Assembly: GCA_965222225.1 (NCBI GenBank)
Contig: CBDCTK010000002.1
Span: forward strand, 1,952,001 to 2,016,000
From: Candidatus Poribacteria bacterium
Lineage (GTDB): Bacteria > Poribacteria > WGA-4E > JAJDTR01
Direction: 5' to 3'
DNA: 64,000 bases
The notes under the pieces are model-generated. The model had not been told where the DNA came from and did no database searches. It was given only the letters and a program-made list of their open reading frames with translations. Below are positions 53,951 to 63,985 of the stretch, piece after piece. Numbering within the stretch: position 1 is the first letter of the stretch; the number at the start of each line of letters is the position of its first letter. The position numbers were made by a program, and so were the translations under genes.

Positions 53951-54361
53951 TTAGTTGTTTTGGGCGCCGTCATTGATCCAATCCGTGATGAGTTGAACCT
54001 GCGCGGCATCCAGAGGAGGTCCTCCCAGCGGCATTCTTCCCGTTGAGATTTGGTTGACGATCTCGCTACCAACCGCATCGCCCGCAACGACGATAGCGCC
54101 GCGTTGCCCGCCCTGTAGAACTGACTCATAGGTGCGGAGATCGACCCCGAGCGGTCCCCCGGCGACATGGCACCCTGAGAACGCGCATCGTTGCGTGAGA
54201 ATAGGCAGAATATCGTTCTGAAAGGAGGTCCCGCTACCCGTCGAACCATCGACTACCCCGCCCATTTCATCGGTAGAATCGTCATCACTTGTGCCGCAGC
54301 CGTAAACCCAAATCGCGGACGCAGCCAGTAAGAACGCCATTCCTAATTTTATCCCATTCAT
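53951..54361 (-). CDS. Lipoprotein with a planctomycete-type cytochrome c domain
   Basis: SF..DILPIL...CAFSGCH, MP...PPL and I..WI..GA. Confidence 0.8.
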   Translation of the reverse strand: MNGIKLGMAFLLAASAIWVYGCGTSDDDSTDEMGGVVDGSTGSGTSFQNDILPILTQRCAFSGCHVAGGPLGVDLRTYESVLQGGQRGAIVVAGDAVGSEIVNQISTGRMPLGGPPLDAAQVQLITDWINDGAQNN

Positions 54362-54458
54362 AGTAATAATCTATTCCTTTCATTGATAGCTTTGAAAGCG
54401 AGATTGGTCGTCTGCCGTCTAAACGATAGACCTTTCTTAGCCTCGAACCCTGCCGGGG

Positions 54459-54877
54459 TTAGTTGTTCTTGGCGCCGTCATTGATCCAATCAATGATGAG
54501 TTGAATCTGAGCTGGGTCCAGAGGCGGTCCCTCAGGGGGCATCGTGTCTCCAACGAGAACGCTAACAATGTGGCTCTCTCTCGCCGACCCGGGAATGACT
54601 ATCGCCTCGTGTTCTCCGCTCTCTTGAATGGTCTCGAAACTCCTGAGATCGACGTCGTGCGGCCCATCGGCAACGTGGCAACCTGCGAGCGCGCACCGCT
54701 GGTCAGTATAGGGTGTATATCATTCTGGAAAGAGGGGCTGGGTCTGCCGCCATCTGCCGGATTGTCAAATACCAATCCGAGTTCTTCGGCAGAATCGTCG
54801 AAACTTGCGCCGCAACCACAAACCCAAAACGCGAACCCGACCAATAGGAACGCCATTCCTATCTTTATATCGTTCAT
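54459..54877 (-). pseudogene. Degraded tandem paralogue of the cytochrome c lipoprotein
   Basis: Same 5' and 3' ends, with frameshifts. Confidence 0.75.
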
Positions 54878-55074
54878 GCAATAGTTACCTTCCCTTCCAA
54901 TCCAAGTCTTGATAACGTAACGAGTAACATGCGATTTGCTTATCAAAAATTGAAACGTGTTTTAGTGTAATTCCCATTTTTGTGGTATTCGTAAATCCAA
55001 TTCAAGAAATCATTTTTGTACGGCAGATTTATATATCAGGGTGAGAATTTCCCTAGCGATTCCCTTGATAGCTG

Positions 55075-56004
55075 TTAATCCCACAAGTGCGTACTGAAAT
55101 AGCGCTCCCCGAGGTCGTTGAACACGGTCACGATGGTTCCCTTCCCGATCCGCTTGGCGACTTCATAAGCGCCCTTCAGATAGCCGCCGGAGGATTGTCC
55201 GACGAACCACCCGCGTTTTGCCAGACGACCGCATATATCGTACGCCTGATCGATGGTGACGGGGATTTTGCAATCGACAACGCTCTCGTCGAGGATCTCC
55301 GGCACGATGTCCCCCGGATTGCCCAGCGGTTTGAGTCCTTCGATTCCCGGGAAATCATCGGGCGTGATGCAACAGATTTGGATGTCGGAATTGTACTCTT
55401 TGAGCCGTCGTCCGGTGCCCGTCACGGTGCCGCCCGTCCCTACGCCCCCGACGAAATGGGTTAGTTCGCCTCGGCTCTGTTCCAAGATTTCGACGGCTGT
55501 TGTGTCGTAATGAGCGCGCCAGTTGTTCTCGTTCTTGTACTGATCGGCGAAGAAGTATTTGTCGGGCGATGCCTCGAAGCGGCGGTGAACCTCGCGCAGC
55601 GCTTCGTCATATCCGAGGATAGCATCCGTGTACACAATCTCCGCGCCGTGCGCTGTGATCCGTTTCTTCCGCTCCTCGCTCGCGTTGTCGGGGAGGACAA
55701 GCTCGACACGATACCCCAACACCGAGCCAATCATGGCATACGCGATTCCGGCGTTTCCCGAGCTTGAGTCCAGAATGGTTTTGTCCCGATTCAACTCCCC
55801 GGACCGGATGGCTTCCGTCAACATCCGCAGCACAGAACGATCTTTGATTGACCCGCCCGGGTTGTACATCTCGGCTTTTGCGTAGATTTCAACATCCGGC
55901 AGTTCGTCGGAGAAAACATCAATCTTAACCAGCGGCGTATTTCCAATCTGTTGGAGGATGGGGTACGTCGAAAGGTCCACGGCGTGCGCGGCTTGGTTAC
56001 TCAT
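55075..56004 (-). CDS. PLP-dependent cysteine synthase family protein
   Basis: IGNTPLV, NPGGSIKDR, SSGNAG and GTGGT. Confidence 0.92.
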   Translation of the reverse strand: MSNQAAHAVDLSTYPILQQIGNTPLVKIDVFSDELPDVEIYAKAEMYNPGGSIKDRSVLRMLTEAIRSGELNRDKTILDSSSGNAGIAYAMIGSVLGYRVELVLPDNASEERKKRITAHGAEIVYTDAILGYDEALREVHRRFEASPDKYFFADQYKNENNWRAHYDTTAVEILEQSRGELTHFVGGVGTGGTVTGTGRRLKEYNSDIQICCITPDDFPGIEGLKPLGNPGDIVPEILDESVVDCKIPVTIDQAYDICGRLAKRGWFVGQSSGGYLKGAYEVAKRIGKGTIVTVFNDLGERYFSTHLWD

Positions 56005-56080
56005 TATACGGTTTGTTGTCCATTTCTAACGAAGTCTATACAAAGAAGGTGGCACAGACGCTGTGCCGTTGCGCAAGCTC

Positions 56081-56713
56081 CTAATTCGATACAGCAGGCT
56101 CGAAACCCATCCCCAATCGTTGTTCCAGTAATGCGGCGACGTGGTCTCTTGCGGCGTTGTCTACGAGCTCCCCGTGAAGAATCTCGGAGACCTCAAACTC
56201 GGCTATGCGCAGCGTCGGACGAAGTCCGTGCAACGGCGGCAGCCAATCCCGAAAGGTGTCGAAGAAGGCGCGTTGCGCGGCGCGTCCATTGACGAAAGGG
56301 AAATCGGCGGTTTTGCGCCGAAATCGATCTGTGCCCTTCCGAAGCGCCGACTCATGATGTTCCGCACAGAACCGGAGGTATTGCCCCCGATCAAACGCCA
56401 ACGGCACATGCGCCGGATAAAGCGTCAAGGTCTTCTGCCGGGGGGCGGTGAAGTGCTGCAGCTCGTCGAACTCGAAGATGAAATGATACGGCTCCGGGAA
56501 ATAGGCGTCCGGAGTCAAGTAGCCGTCCGCCTTCGCGAATAATCCGTCCTTATCGCCGCCCAATTCCTCAAAGAGGCGGAGTATTCTCGGGTAATAACCT
56601 CCAAAATGCTCAGCCGTCGGTTTGTTTTTCAGCCAATCGAATTGCGCCTGCCGCTCGGCAGGAACGCCCAACACTTCGGCAACAAGCGCGATGATACCGA
56701 CTTCAAGCCGCAT
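56081..56713 (-). CDS. Hypothetical PD-(D/E)xK-like nuclease-fold protein
   Basis: LTPDAYF....IFEFDE.QHF. Confidence 0.55.
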   Translation of the reverse strand: MRLEVGIIALVAEVLGVPAERQAQFDWLKNKPTAEHFGGYYPRILRLFEELGGDKDGLFAKADGYLTPDAYFPEPYHFIFEFDELQHFTAPRQKTLTLYPAHVPLAFDRGQYLRFCAEHHESALRKGTDRFRRKTADFPFVNGRAAQRAFFDTFRDWLPPLHGLRPTLRIAEFEVSEILHGELVDNAARDHVAALLEQRLGMGFEPAVSN

Positions 56714-57259
56714 GGCGAATCTGGGTTGAGGTAAGGCTACTTCCGATGAGGGAACAGGATTCTATTTGTCTTATTGCCCCGCTTGTTATACTCTACAGTT
56801 TCCTTCAACGCAGCGGTAAAGGTGCGTCTCTCTATTGGTCAAAAGCATACCACAAATGCAACCGTGTTTCAAATGGAAATACGAGATCTTGTCCGCAACC
56901 ACCAAATCCCCAATGTCCTCTTTCTCCTTTGTAGGTTGGGTTTCCAAGCGCGACAATCGCTGATTTCTCCTCTTTTTGCCACTTATCCGACCGGTGACGG
57001 ACAAGTATGAACAACAATTTTTGTTTGACAGCGCCTTTGATTCTTGGCACACTATGTGCGCTACTTCAATGGCTGCATACGGCTCGCTACCCGGTGATGT
57101 CCGTCGCTCTCCAATACTGAACCATTACGGACTCCAAGTCTGCAATCTGGATACACTTGATAACTTAACACACATATAGTACAATTTGCCGAAGTGTTGA
57201 AAAGGACAAGAACACAACACTCAGTAACCAATCACTTGTGGAATGAAAGGATCAACCGA

Positions 57260-57675
57260 ATGAATAGCGAGGGCGATAGTTTTCTGACGTTGACGTGGCC
57301 AGATTTTTATCCAGCAGACTGTCCGCCTGCGGAAGCCGAATCTGCTTCCGGTACAGTTTACCGCCTTGTAAAACACGACCCGGCACGGGCAGAAGATTTC
57401 AAATCAGTCTTTGAAGAAAACCTAAGAGGAGTCAAAGAAAAGCAAACTGTGAATCTCTATGGACTCTCCGTCCATAGAGATTCACAAGACAGCGAGCGAC
57501 TACGCGAGCGACTAAAGAACAGGGCCAGAAAATTCAAAAACAGACAGATTGCGGAAGGTAGTCTAAATTCAACGCTTGGAATGATTCGACATACACCATC
57601 AATAGAGGAATCACACATACTTGGTGGGTACCTATTGGAGCGGAGCCTAGGCTTGTTTTTAACGTAATCCGGTAA
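57260..57675 (+). CDS. Hypothetical protein (probable 3' frameshift); likely start codon lies inside a hairpin element
   Basis: WP..YP..CPP..A...VYRLV and GLSV; ATG 57260 within the element at 57250-57279. Confidence 0.55.
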
Positions 57676-57707
57676 AAAAGGCAGACAGTCATTTGGTGAG
57701 GAGGTAA

Positions 57708-58877
57708 ATGATGGATGACTTACTCAATATCCCAATGTTGGGAAGACTCGAAATCTTAGAAACCTTCGAATACTACGATCAGCCAGTTCTCTTTTCCTGC
57801 AAAAACGCCGCTGGACATCTCTACCTTGTTGTTGCCGCTGATGAAAACGACCAACACGAAACATGGCTGTACGCCGGAGTTTCCGAGGAACGCCTCAAAC
57901 TCATCCGATCCGGAGCGATTGACCTGCACGACGCATTCGCCGATCCTGAAGATGGCTATGTACTCCAAGCAATAGTTCCATACGACAACCAAACCGGAAT
58001 CCAAACCGACTTCATCCAGCCCGATCGAATCACTGAAGACATGCTCCCCATACCCGGTGAACGCCTCGATCTTAAGACCAATACACTTCCGACACTCAGT
58101 AGTCCAGAAGAAATTGCAAAATCGGGAAAGCGAGAAATTCTAAACCTGACTCTCAACTTCGATGGCGTATTCAGGACAGAAGCGCCTGCTGCTGCCCTAA
58201 GTAGGATTCTTGGGACACTCCAAGACGTGATTAACACAATTGGAATGGCCCGTTGTAACTCAACTCAAATCACTGAAGACATCAGGCGCGAAATGCAGAT
58301 TTCGCTAATAGAAGTCGGTGCTGGGTCATTCGACATTCGGCTCGCCTCTACAGAGATTGTTGACCTTTTTAGTAATTCTGATTTCGGAAATGCAATTGAA
58401 GAATTCCTCAATCTCCTTGTTGCCGGGAGTGACCAGAACGAACTCAGGATACTCCTAGGACGACTCAAATCAAGAGTTGCGGAGAACTACACTACATTTC
58501 TCAAATCGCTCAGCGAATCCGTAAGCGATACTAAACTCACATGGACATCGCCAAATCCACAGCGAGGAGGAACAGCATACTTATCCAAACCGCAAATGCA
58601 AGAAGCGATTGAAATTCTCCAAAGATTTCAAGAAGAAACGCCGTCAACGTTCACTGTTATTGGCACGTTAATCGGTGCCTTCCTTAAATCCAAAAGATTT
58701 GAAATTGAAACTACAGAAAAAGTCTATACTGGGTCCATCGCAGACGAAGCCATTAAGGTCGTAAGTACCGCCACACTTAGCCGAGAATACACCGCAACAA
58801 TTCAAGAAATCACCAAAAAACGCGAAACCACAGATGAAATCACCAAGCCGAAATACCAGCTCTTGAGTCTCCGCTGA
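57708..58877 (+). CDS. DUF6575-like protein
   Basis: FEYYDQPVLFSC.N..G..Y N-terminus; GAGSF; GAGGAGG RBS. Confidence 0.65.
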   Translation: MMDDLLNIPMLGRLEILETFEYYDQPVLFSCKNAAGHLYLVVAADENDQHETWLYAGVSEERLKLIRSGAIDLHDAFADPEDGYVLQAIVPYDNQTGIQTDFIQPDRITEDMLPIPGERLDLKTNTLPTLSSPEEIAKSGKREILNLTLNFDGVFRTEAPAAALSRILGTLQDVINTIGMARCNSTQITEDIRREMQISLIEVGAGSFDIRLASTEIVDLFSNSDFGNAIEEFLNLLVAGSDQNELRILLGRLKSRVAENYTTFLKSLSESVSDTKLTWTSPNPQRGGTAYLSKPQMQEAIEILQRFQEETPSTFTVIGTLIGAFLKSKRFEIETTEKVYTGSIADEAIKVVSTATLSREYTATIQEITKKRETTDEITKPKYQLLSLR

Positions 58878-59332
58878 CAAGAAGACTTATTCTCCGCAGC
58901 GAGTTTGAAATTTCGACCAACTACTAAAATCACATGAGCCCAGTCGGACAGCTTGCTAAGATTGGTCGCTCGTAGTCAGATAATGCTAGGCTCGCGGAGA
59001 CTGCAAATCGGACGCTCCCCGATTTCCATCAACAATCGTCATTCGTCAAATTCCCGCCTTCTCTTACTCCGCCCACCACACGTGGTAAAGTCAAAAAACG
59101 CCAGTACAAATCCCCACCCGACGCAACCCCAAAGCACTTGCAACACAACTGGATGTGTGATATAAACCTCAATGCGAATCCTCGGCGATTTAATTGAAGG
59201 CTTCCAGATGCCGTGCGCCCGCATGGCTGGTGCTTTGACGTTGCTCAAAGTTGCCGCTTCTGCTAAAATGTTCTCTAACAACAGTCAGAGTTTGCAAGAC
59301 GGAACAATGCCTTAACAATCAAAGGAGCTCAC

Positions 59333-60367
59333 ATGATACGGCAAACCACAGTAATCCTACGGGTACTCATTTTGTTGCTCATTGTCACGGCGAGTGGATG
59401 TGAGAAGGGCAGCGAACTCCCGGCAAGCGCCATCGTGGCTGGGAAATATATCATTCTGGACACGCGGACGGATCAGGGCGACTCGGCGACGGCAAAGAAG
59501 AACGCCGAAAACACCCTGAAGAAATATCCCGATATCAACGCAATGGTCGGGCTTTGGGCGTACAATACCCCTCAATGCCTCGAGGCAGTGAAGGATGCCC
59601 GCATGGAGGGGAGGGTGAAGTTGATCTCTTTCGACGAAGACAATTTGACGCTGCAGGGAATCAAAGATGGTCATGTGCACGGAACTGTCGTGCAACAGCC
59701 TTATGAGTTCGGCTACCAGTCGATGAAATACCTCAAAGCGCTGGCGGAGGGCGACACATCCGTGATCCCGCCAAACAAGATGTTGGATATCCCGACGAGG
59801 GTGATTAAGAGGGACAACGTTGATGAATTCTGGGCTAATCTTAAGGAACTCAGTCAGTTGGGTGAGACCGCGAAAGACGCGGAAAAACCGACGGGCGGGC
59901 ATCATTTCGCCTTCGTGGTGAACGTCCCCAACGAGTTTTGGAATTACGCCAGAGCCGGTTGTTACAAAGCCGAACAGGATTTCGGTCTGCTCTGCGATTT
60001 CAAGATTCCCCACGACGGTTCATCGGCGGAGCAGAATCGAATCCTCGAAACGCTCGTTCAGAAGGACGAAATTAAGGGAATCGCCGTGAGTCCGCTCGAC
60101 CCCAAGAATCAGACGGCGATTCTCAACCAGGTGGCTGAGAAGGTCACACTCCTGTGCCACGACAGCGACGCGCCGGACAGTAACCGTCTGTTTTATCTGG
60201 GCACAAACAACTATCTCGGTGGTCGGCAGGTTGGCAAGTTGGTCAAAGAGGCTTTACCAGACGGCGGCAAACTGATGATTTTTGTTGGGAAATTGGATGT
60301 GCTGAATGCGCAGCAGCGGCGGCAGGGAGTGATTGACGAGCTCATGGATAAGCCGATGCCGGAATAA
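59333..60367 (+). CDS. Sugar ABC substrate-binding lipoprotein, circularly permuted
   Basis: Lipobox ASGC; RbsB-like halves in swapped order. Confidence 0.85.
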   Translation: MIRQTTVILRVLILLLIVTASGCEKGSELPASAIVAGKYIILDTRTDQGDSATAKKNAENTLKKYPDINAMVGLWAYNTPQCLEAVKDARMEGRVKLISFDEDNLTLQGIKDGHVHGTVVQQPYEFGYQSMKYLKALAEGDTSVIPPNKMLDIPTRVIKRDNVDEFWANLKELSQLGETAKDAEKPTGGHHFAFVVNVPNEFWNYARAGCYKAEQDFGLLCDFKIPHDGSSAEQNRILETLVQKDEIKGIAVSPLDPKNQTAILNQVAEKVTLLCHDSDAPDSNRLFYLGTNNYLGGRQVGKLVKEALPDGGKLMIFVGKLDVLNAQQRRQGVIDELMDKPMPE

Positions 60368-60391
60368 ATCTGGATTGGCGCAATTTATTCG

Positions 60392-60428
60392 GAGAAACCG
60401 AGTTTTCAAGAAAAAACTCGGTTTCTTC
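60392..60428. repeat. Palindromic repeat / possible terminator
   Basis: agaaaccgagttttcaagaaaaaactcggtttct; relatives at 50342 and 62140. Confidence 0.6.
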
Positions 60429-60497
60429 TACTGGAAACTCGTAACATGCCCGCCTATCCCATACTCCTTCGGCGAACCAACAAATCCCGGAATTTCT

Positions 60498-62033
60498 ATG
60501 CAGAACGGTGATGTAAAACCCTTCCTAGAGGCGACCGGAATCCACAAACGCTTCCCGGGGGTGCACGCGCTCAACAACGTGAACGCGACCTTTTTCCTCG
60601 GCGAAGTAGTCGCTGTCATTGGGGAGAACGGCGCAGGCAAAAGCACCTTGATGAAGGTTATCGCCGGCGTCCATCCACCCGACGCGGGAACCATTACGCT
60701 TGAAGGAGAACCGGTAACCATCCCCACCGTCTCCAAGGCGACCGAACTGGGAATCGCATTCATTCATCAGGAACTCAACCTCTCGGACAATTTGAGCGTT
60801 GGGGCGAACATCTTCTTGGGGCGGGAGCCGCGTAAGTTTGGGCGCCTCGGCTTAATCAATCAGAAGTCGATTCGCCGCCATACCCGCGACATCCTCGATC
60901 AGTTGGAGATGGACTGCGATCCGGAAACAATCGTCCGCGAGCTTTCCATCGGGCATCAGCAGATGGTAGAAATTGCCAAGGCGTTATCCCAGAACGCCCG
61001 GATGATTATCATGGATGAGCCGACGAGCAGCCTGACGCAACACGAAACGGATTGCCTCTTTAATCTTATCCGCAGCCTGAAATCCCAAGGCGTTTGTGTC
61101 GTCTACATCTCCCATCGCCTGATGGAGGTCGGTCAGATTGCCGACCGCGTGATTGTCCTCCGAGACGGCGAAAATAGCGGCGAGTTGGCTCGTGACGAGA
61201 TTGACCACGAGCGCATGGTATCGCTGATGGTGGGTAGATCTCTGACGCAGTTTTATCAACACAAAGAACATCAGATTGGATCGCCGGTGCTTGAGGTTTC
61301 CGATTTGGTGGTGCCCGGGCATTCGGATCTGCGTATCAATTTCACGCTCCATGCGGGCGAGGTGGTTGGAATGGCTGGCCTCGTGGGTGCGGGACGGACA
61401 GAGCTGGCGCAGGCAATCTTCGGCGTTGACGGCGCTGTTTCCGGGACGCTCAAGGTTGATGGCGAAATCGTGGAGATTCACAACCCCCGTGACGCAATCA
61501 ACGCGGGCATTGCGCTCGTTCCGGAGGATCGTCGCGATTACGGGCTGATAACGGAATTTGCCGTTCGCGACAACATCTCATTGTCCGCGCTTGACCGTTA
61601 TCAGACGGCGAAGTTTGTGCGCCAGAAAAAGGTCGCCGACCTCGCCCGCGAGGCGGTGGATGAGTTCAACGTGAAAACAACCTCTATCGAAAACGAGGTT
61701 GGGCTGCTCTCCGGCGGCAATCAACAGAAGGTTGTGCTTGCCAAGTGGATATCCCTGAAACCGAAAGTTCTGCTTTTGGACGAACCTACAAGGGGCATTG
61801 ATGTCGGCTCCAAGAGCGAGATTTACCAGTTAATCGAAGACTTGGCAAGTCAAGGCGTGGCTATCCTGGCAATTTCCAGTGATCTTGAGGAGATTCTGCG
61901 GATCTCGGACCGCGTGTTGGTCATGCACGACGGAGCGCTGACGGGCGAACTCGCGCGTGACATGCTCAGTGAAGAGGCGGTCATGGGGCTGGCAACTGGA
62001 TCAAGCGACCGAATAGATCAACTGAGCGGATAG
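60498..62033 (+). CDS. Sugar ABC ATP-binding protein (RbsA-like)
   Basis: GENGAGKSTL, DEPTSSL, LSGGNQQKV and DEPTRGID. Confidence 0.93.
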   Translation: MQNGDVKPFLEATGIHKRFPGVHALNNVNATFFLGEVVAVIGENGAGKSTLMKVIAGVHPPDAGTITLEGEPVTIPTVSKATELGIAFIHQELNLSDNLSVGANIFLGREPRKFGRLGLINQKSIRRHTRDILDQLEMDCDPETIVRELSIGHQQMVEIAKALSQNARMIIMDEPTSSLTQHETDCLFNLIRSLKSQGVCVVYISHRLMEVGQIADRVIVLRDGENSGELARDEIDHERMVSLMVGRSLTQFYQHKEHQIGSPVLEVSDLVVPGHSDLRINFTLHAGEVVGMAGLVGAGRTELAQAIFGVDGAVSGTLKVDGEIVEIHNPRDAINAGIALVPEDRRDYGLITEFAVRDNISLSALDRYQTAKFVRQKKVADLAREAVDEFNVKTTSIENEVGLLSGGNQQKVVLAKWISLKPKVLLLDEPTRGIDVGSKSEIYQLIEDLASQGVAILAISSDLEEILRISDRVLVMHDGALTGELARDMLSEEAVMGLATGSSDRIDQLSG

Positions 62034-62214
62034 CGCGCAGGATTTTCTATCGGAGTTCTATCGCACTCATTATTCATTCGCTTGATCCCTCCTTATCCGG
62101 TCGGTTGATCTATAGAAATCCCGTGCGATAGAGTTCCCTTTTCAAGAAAGAAAACTCGGTTTCAGGGCAAATTGGGCTACTACAAATAGATCTTCAATCA
62201 GGCTCTTAAGGTAC

Positions 62215-63183
62215 ATGAAAAAGACGCTGGGCATTTTCCTGCTCTTGGCAGCCATTTTCCTCATCACCGGGATAATCGAACCACGCTTTCTGAGAGTCGG
62301 CAATTTGACGAACATGGCGCGGTGGACGGGGCTTTACGGTATCCTCGCCATCGGCGCAGGGTTTGTGATTATCACTTCGGGTATCGATCTCTCGATTGGA
62401 TCGTTGATCGGGTTGACCGGATCGCTTTTCCCGCTTTTTCTCGTCGGGGTGGGGCTGCCCGTGGGCGTCGGGTTCGCATTGGTCATCCTGCTGGCGTTGG
62501 CAATCGGCTTCGCGCACGGGGTGTTAATCACCAAGCTCAAGCTACAGCCCTTCATCGTCACGCTCTGCGGACTGTTCATCTACCGCGGCGTCGCCCGGCA
62601 CATCACGGGCGAGATAAACCAAGGCTTTGGCAACGATTTCCAAGGGTTGCGCCTCATCGTGAAGTATCGGGTGTTTGACGTTATCCCGATGCCGTTCGTG
62701 ATTGTTCTGCTGCTTGGGGGTATCGCCGCACTCTTTCTCAACAAAACGATCTACGGACGCTACCTGCTGGCGCTGGGGCGAAACGAGAAAGCGGCGCGTT
62801 TCAGCGGCATCAATACGGATCGGATGGTCATCTGCGCCTATATGATTTGCTCGCTTCTGGCGGGCTTCGGCGGGATGCTGTTTGCGCTGGATCAGAATTC
62901 GGTCCAACCCTCGACGTTCGGGAACTTTTACGAGTTGTATGCCATTGCGGGAGCGGTGCTCGGCGGGTGCAGCCTTCGCGGCGGCGAAGGGACGATTGGG
63001 GGCATCATCTGCGGGGCGGCGATGGTCGAGGTGATAAAGAATTCGGTTTTTTTCCTCAACGTTCCCACGGAGTCCGAGTTCACGGTGATCGGTTGCGTGA
63101 TTCTCATCGGCGTCACGGTGGACGAGTTCATAAAACGCTACGCCGCCAAACGTCGCGCCAAGCAACAAGCTGGTAGTGCATAA
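62215..63183 (+). CDS. Sugar ABC permease (RbsC-like)
   Basis: GIDLSIGS, PFIVTL, G.NE.AARFSGI and YEL.AIA.AVLGG.SL.GG. Confidence 0.93.
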   Translation: MKKTLGIFLLLAAIFLITGIIEPRFLRVGNLTNMARWTGLYGILAIGAGFVIITSGIDLSIGSLIGLTGSLFPLFLVGVGLPVGVGFALVILLALAIGFAHGVLITKLKLQPFIVTLCGLFIYRGVARHITGEINQGFGNDFQGLRLIVKYRVFDVIPMPFVIVLLLGGIAALFLNKTIYGRYLLALGRNEKAARFSGINTDRMVICAYMICSLLAGFGGMLFALDQNSVQPSTFGNFYELYAIAGAVLGGCSLRGGEGTIGGIICGAAMVEVIKNSVFFLNVPTESEFTVIGCVILIGVTVDEFIKRYAAKRRAKQQAGSA

Positions 63184-63185
63184 AA

Positions 63186-63671
63186 ATGAAAATCCTTGCA
63201 TGCCTTTTAACGCTCGTGATGTTCATCGGATTCAGTTGCGGTGGTGGTCGTTATGTCTGTGACTGTGGTGTTCCCGATAACTACAGTCCAACCGTCCGAT
63301 TGGTACAAGATACAGATCGAAGTTTTCACTTTCAGTGGGATGATACGCTCTTGGCGGAGCGCATCGTTTTAGCGCGATACACTTACACAAACATTAATTC
63401 GGCGGGCGCGGGCTTTGAGCCGTGACCGCTCGAATTACACCGCTTCAACCCCGGTCAGTTTCGATCAGGGCCCCTCATGGTATTCGACCGCGAGTTCAAC
63501 GACACCCAACACGTTATGGTCGAGATACTCCCCGCAACAGATCGGCTCACACTCAAACTTCCGTACCGGGTGCAAGGCGGAAGTGCTGTCCTTGTCGAAC
63601 ACCCCTTCAAGCATTACGACGTTGGCACACCGTCAAAGCTGACATTTTCTCGAAAGGAAAAATCACAGTGA
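63186..63671 (+). pseudogene. Putative lipoprotein with an in-frame TGA at 63423-63425
   Basis: ORFs 63186..63425 and 63477..63671 share a frame. Confidence 0.6.
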
Positions 63672-63985
63672 CACAACAAAAGAGGCAACGTCAACCGAGC
63701 AAGCAAACACGCCAGCGCAATTACAAGTCGTATCTGGGATCGCCGAGATGGAAAGCAAAACGAGAGACCATCATGAAAAAATCGGGCGGGACGTGTCGGA
63801 TCTGCGGCGCTCCCGCCACCGAGGTTCATCATGTGAATTATGAGCGCCGCGGCAAAGAGCGACTCACAGATTTAACCGCGCTCTGTCGCGAGTGTCATGA
63901 GCTCTACCACGCGAAACTGGAAGAAAAGAAAAAGCACGAAGCTAGCAAAACTCGGAAGACCGCTCGCACATACTGGCGCAGATGA
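63668..63985 (+). CDS. HNH endonuclease
   Basis: YL.S..W..KR, CRICG, EVHH..Y and LCRECH...H; GTGA overlap with the upstream stop. Confidence 0.8.
   Translation: MTQQKRQRQPSKQTRQRNYKSYLGSPRWKAKRETIMKKSGGTCRICGAPATEVHHVNYERRGKERLTDLTALCRECHELYHAKLEEKKKHEASKTRKTARTYWRR

Noticed and set aside
4686-62087. The 30-nt repeats as a CRISPR array
   Set aside because: Copies are dispersed, degenerate and irregularly spaced, with no unique fixed-length spacers and no cas genes
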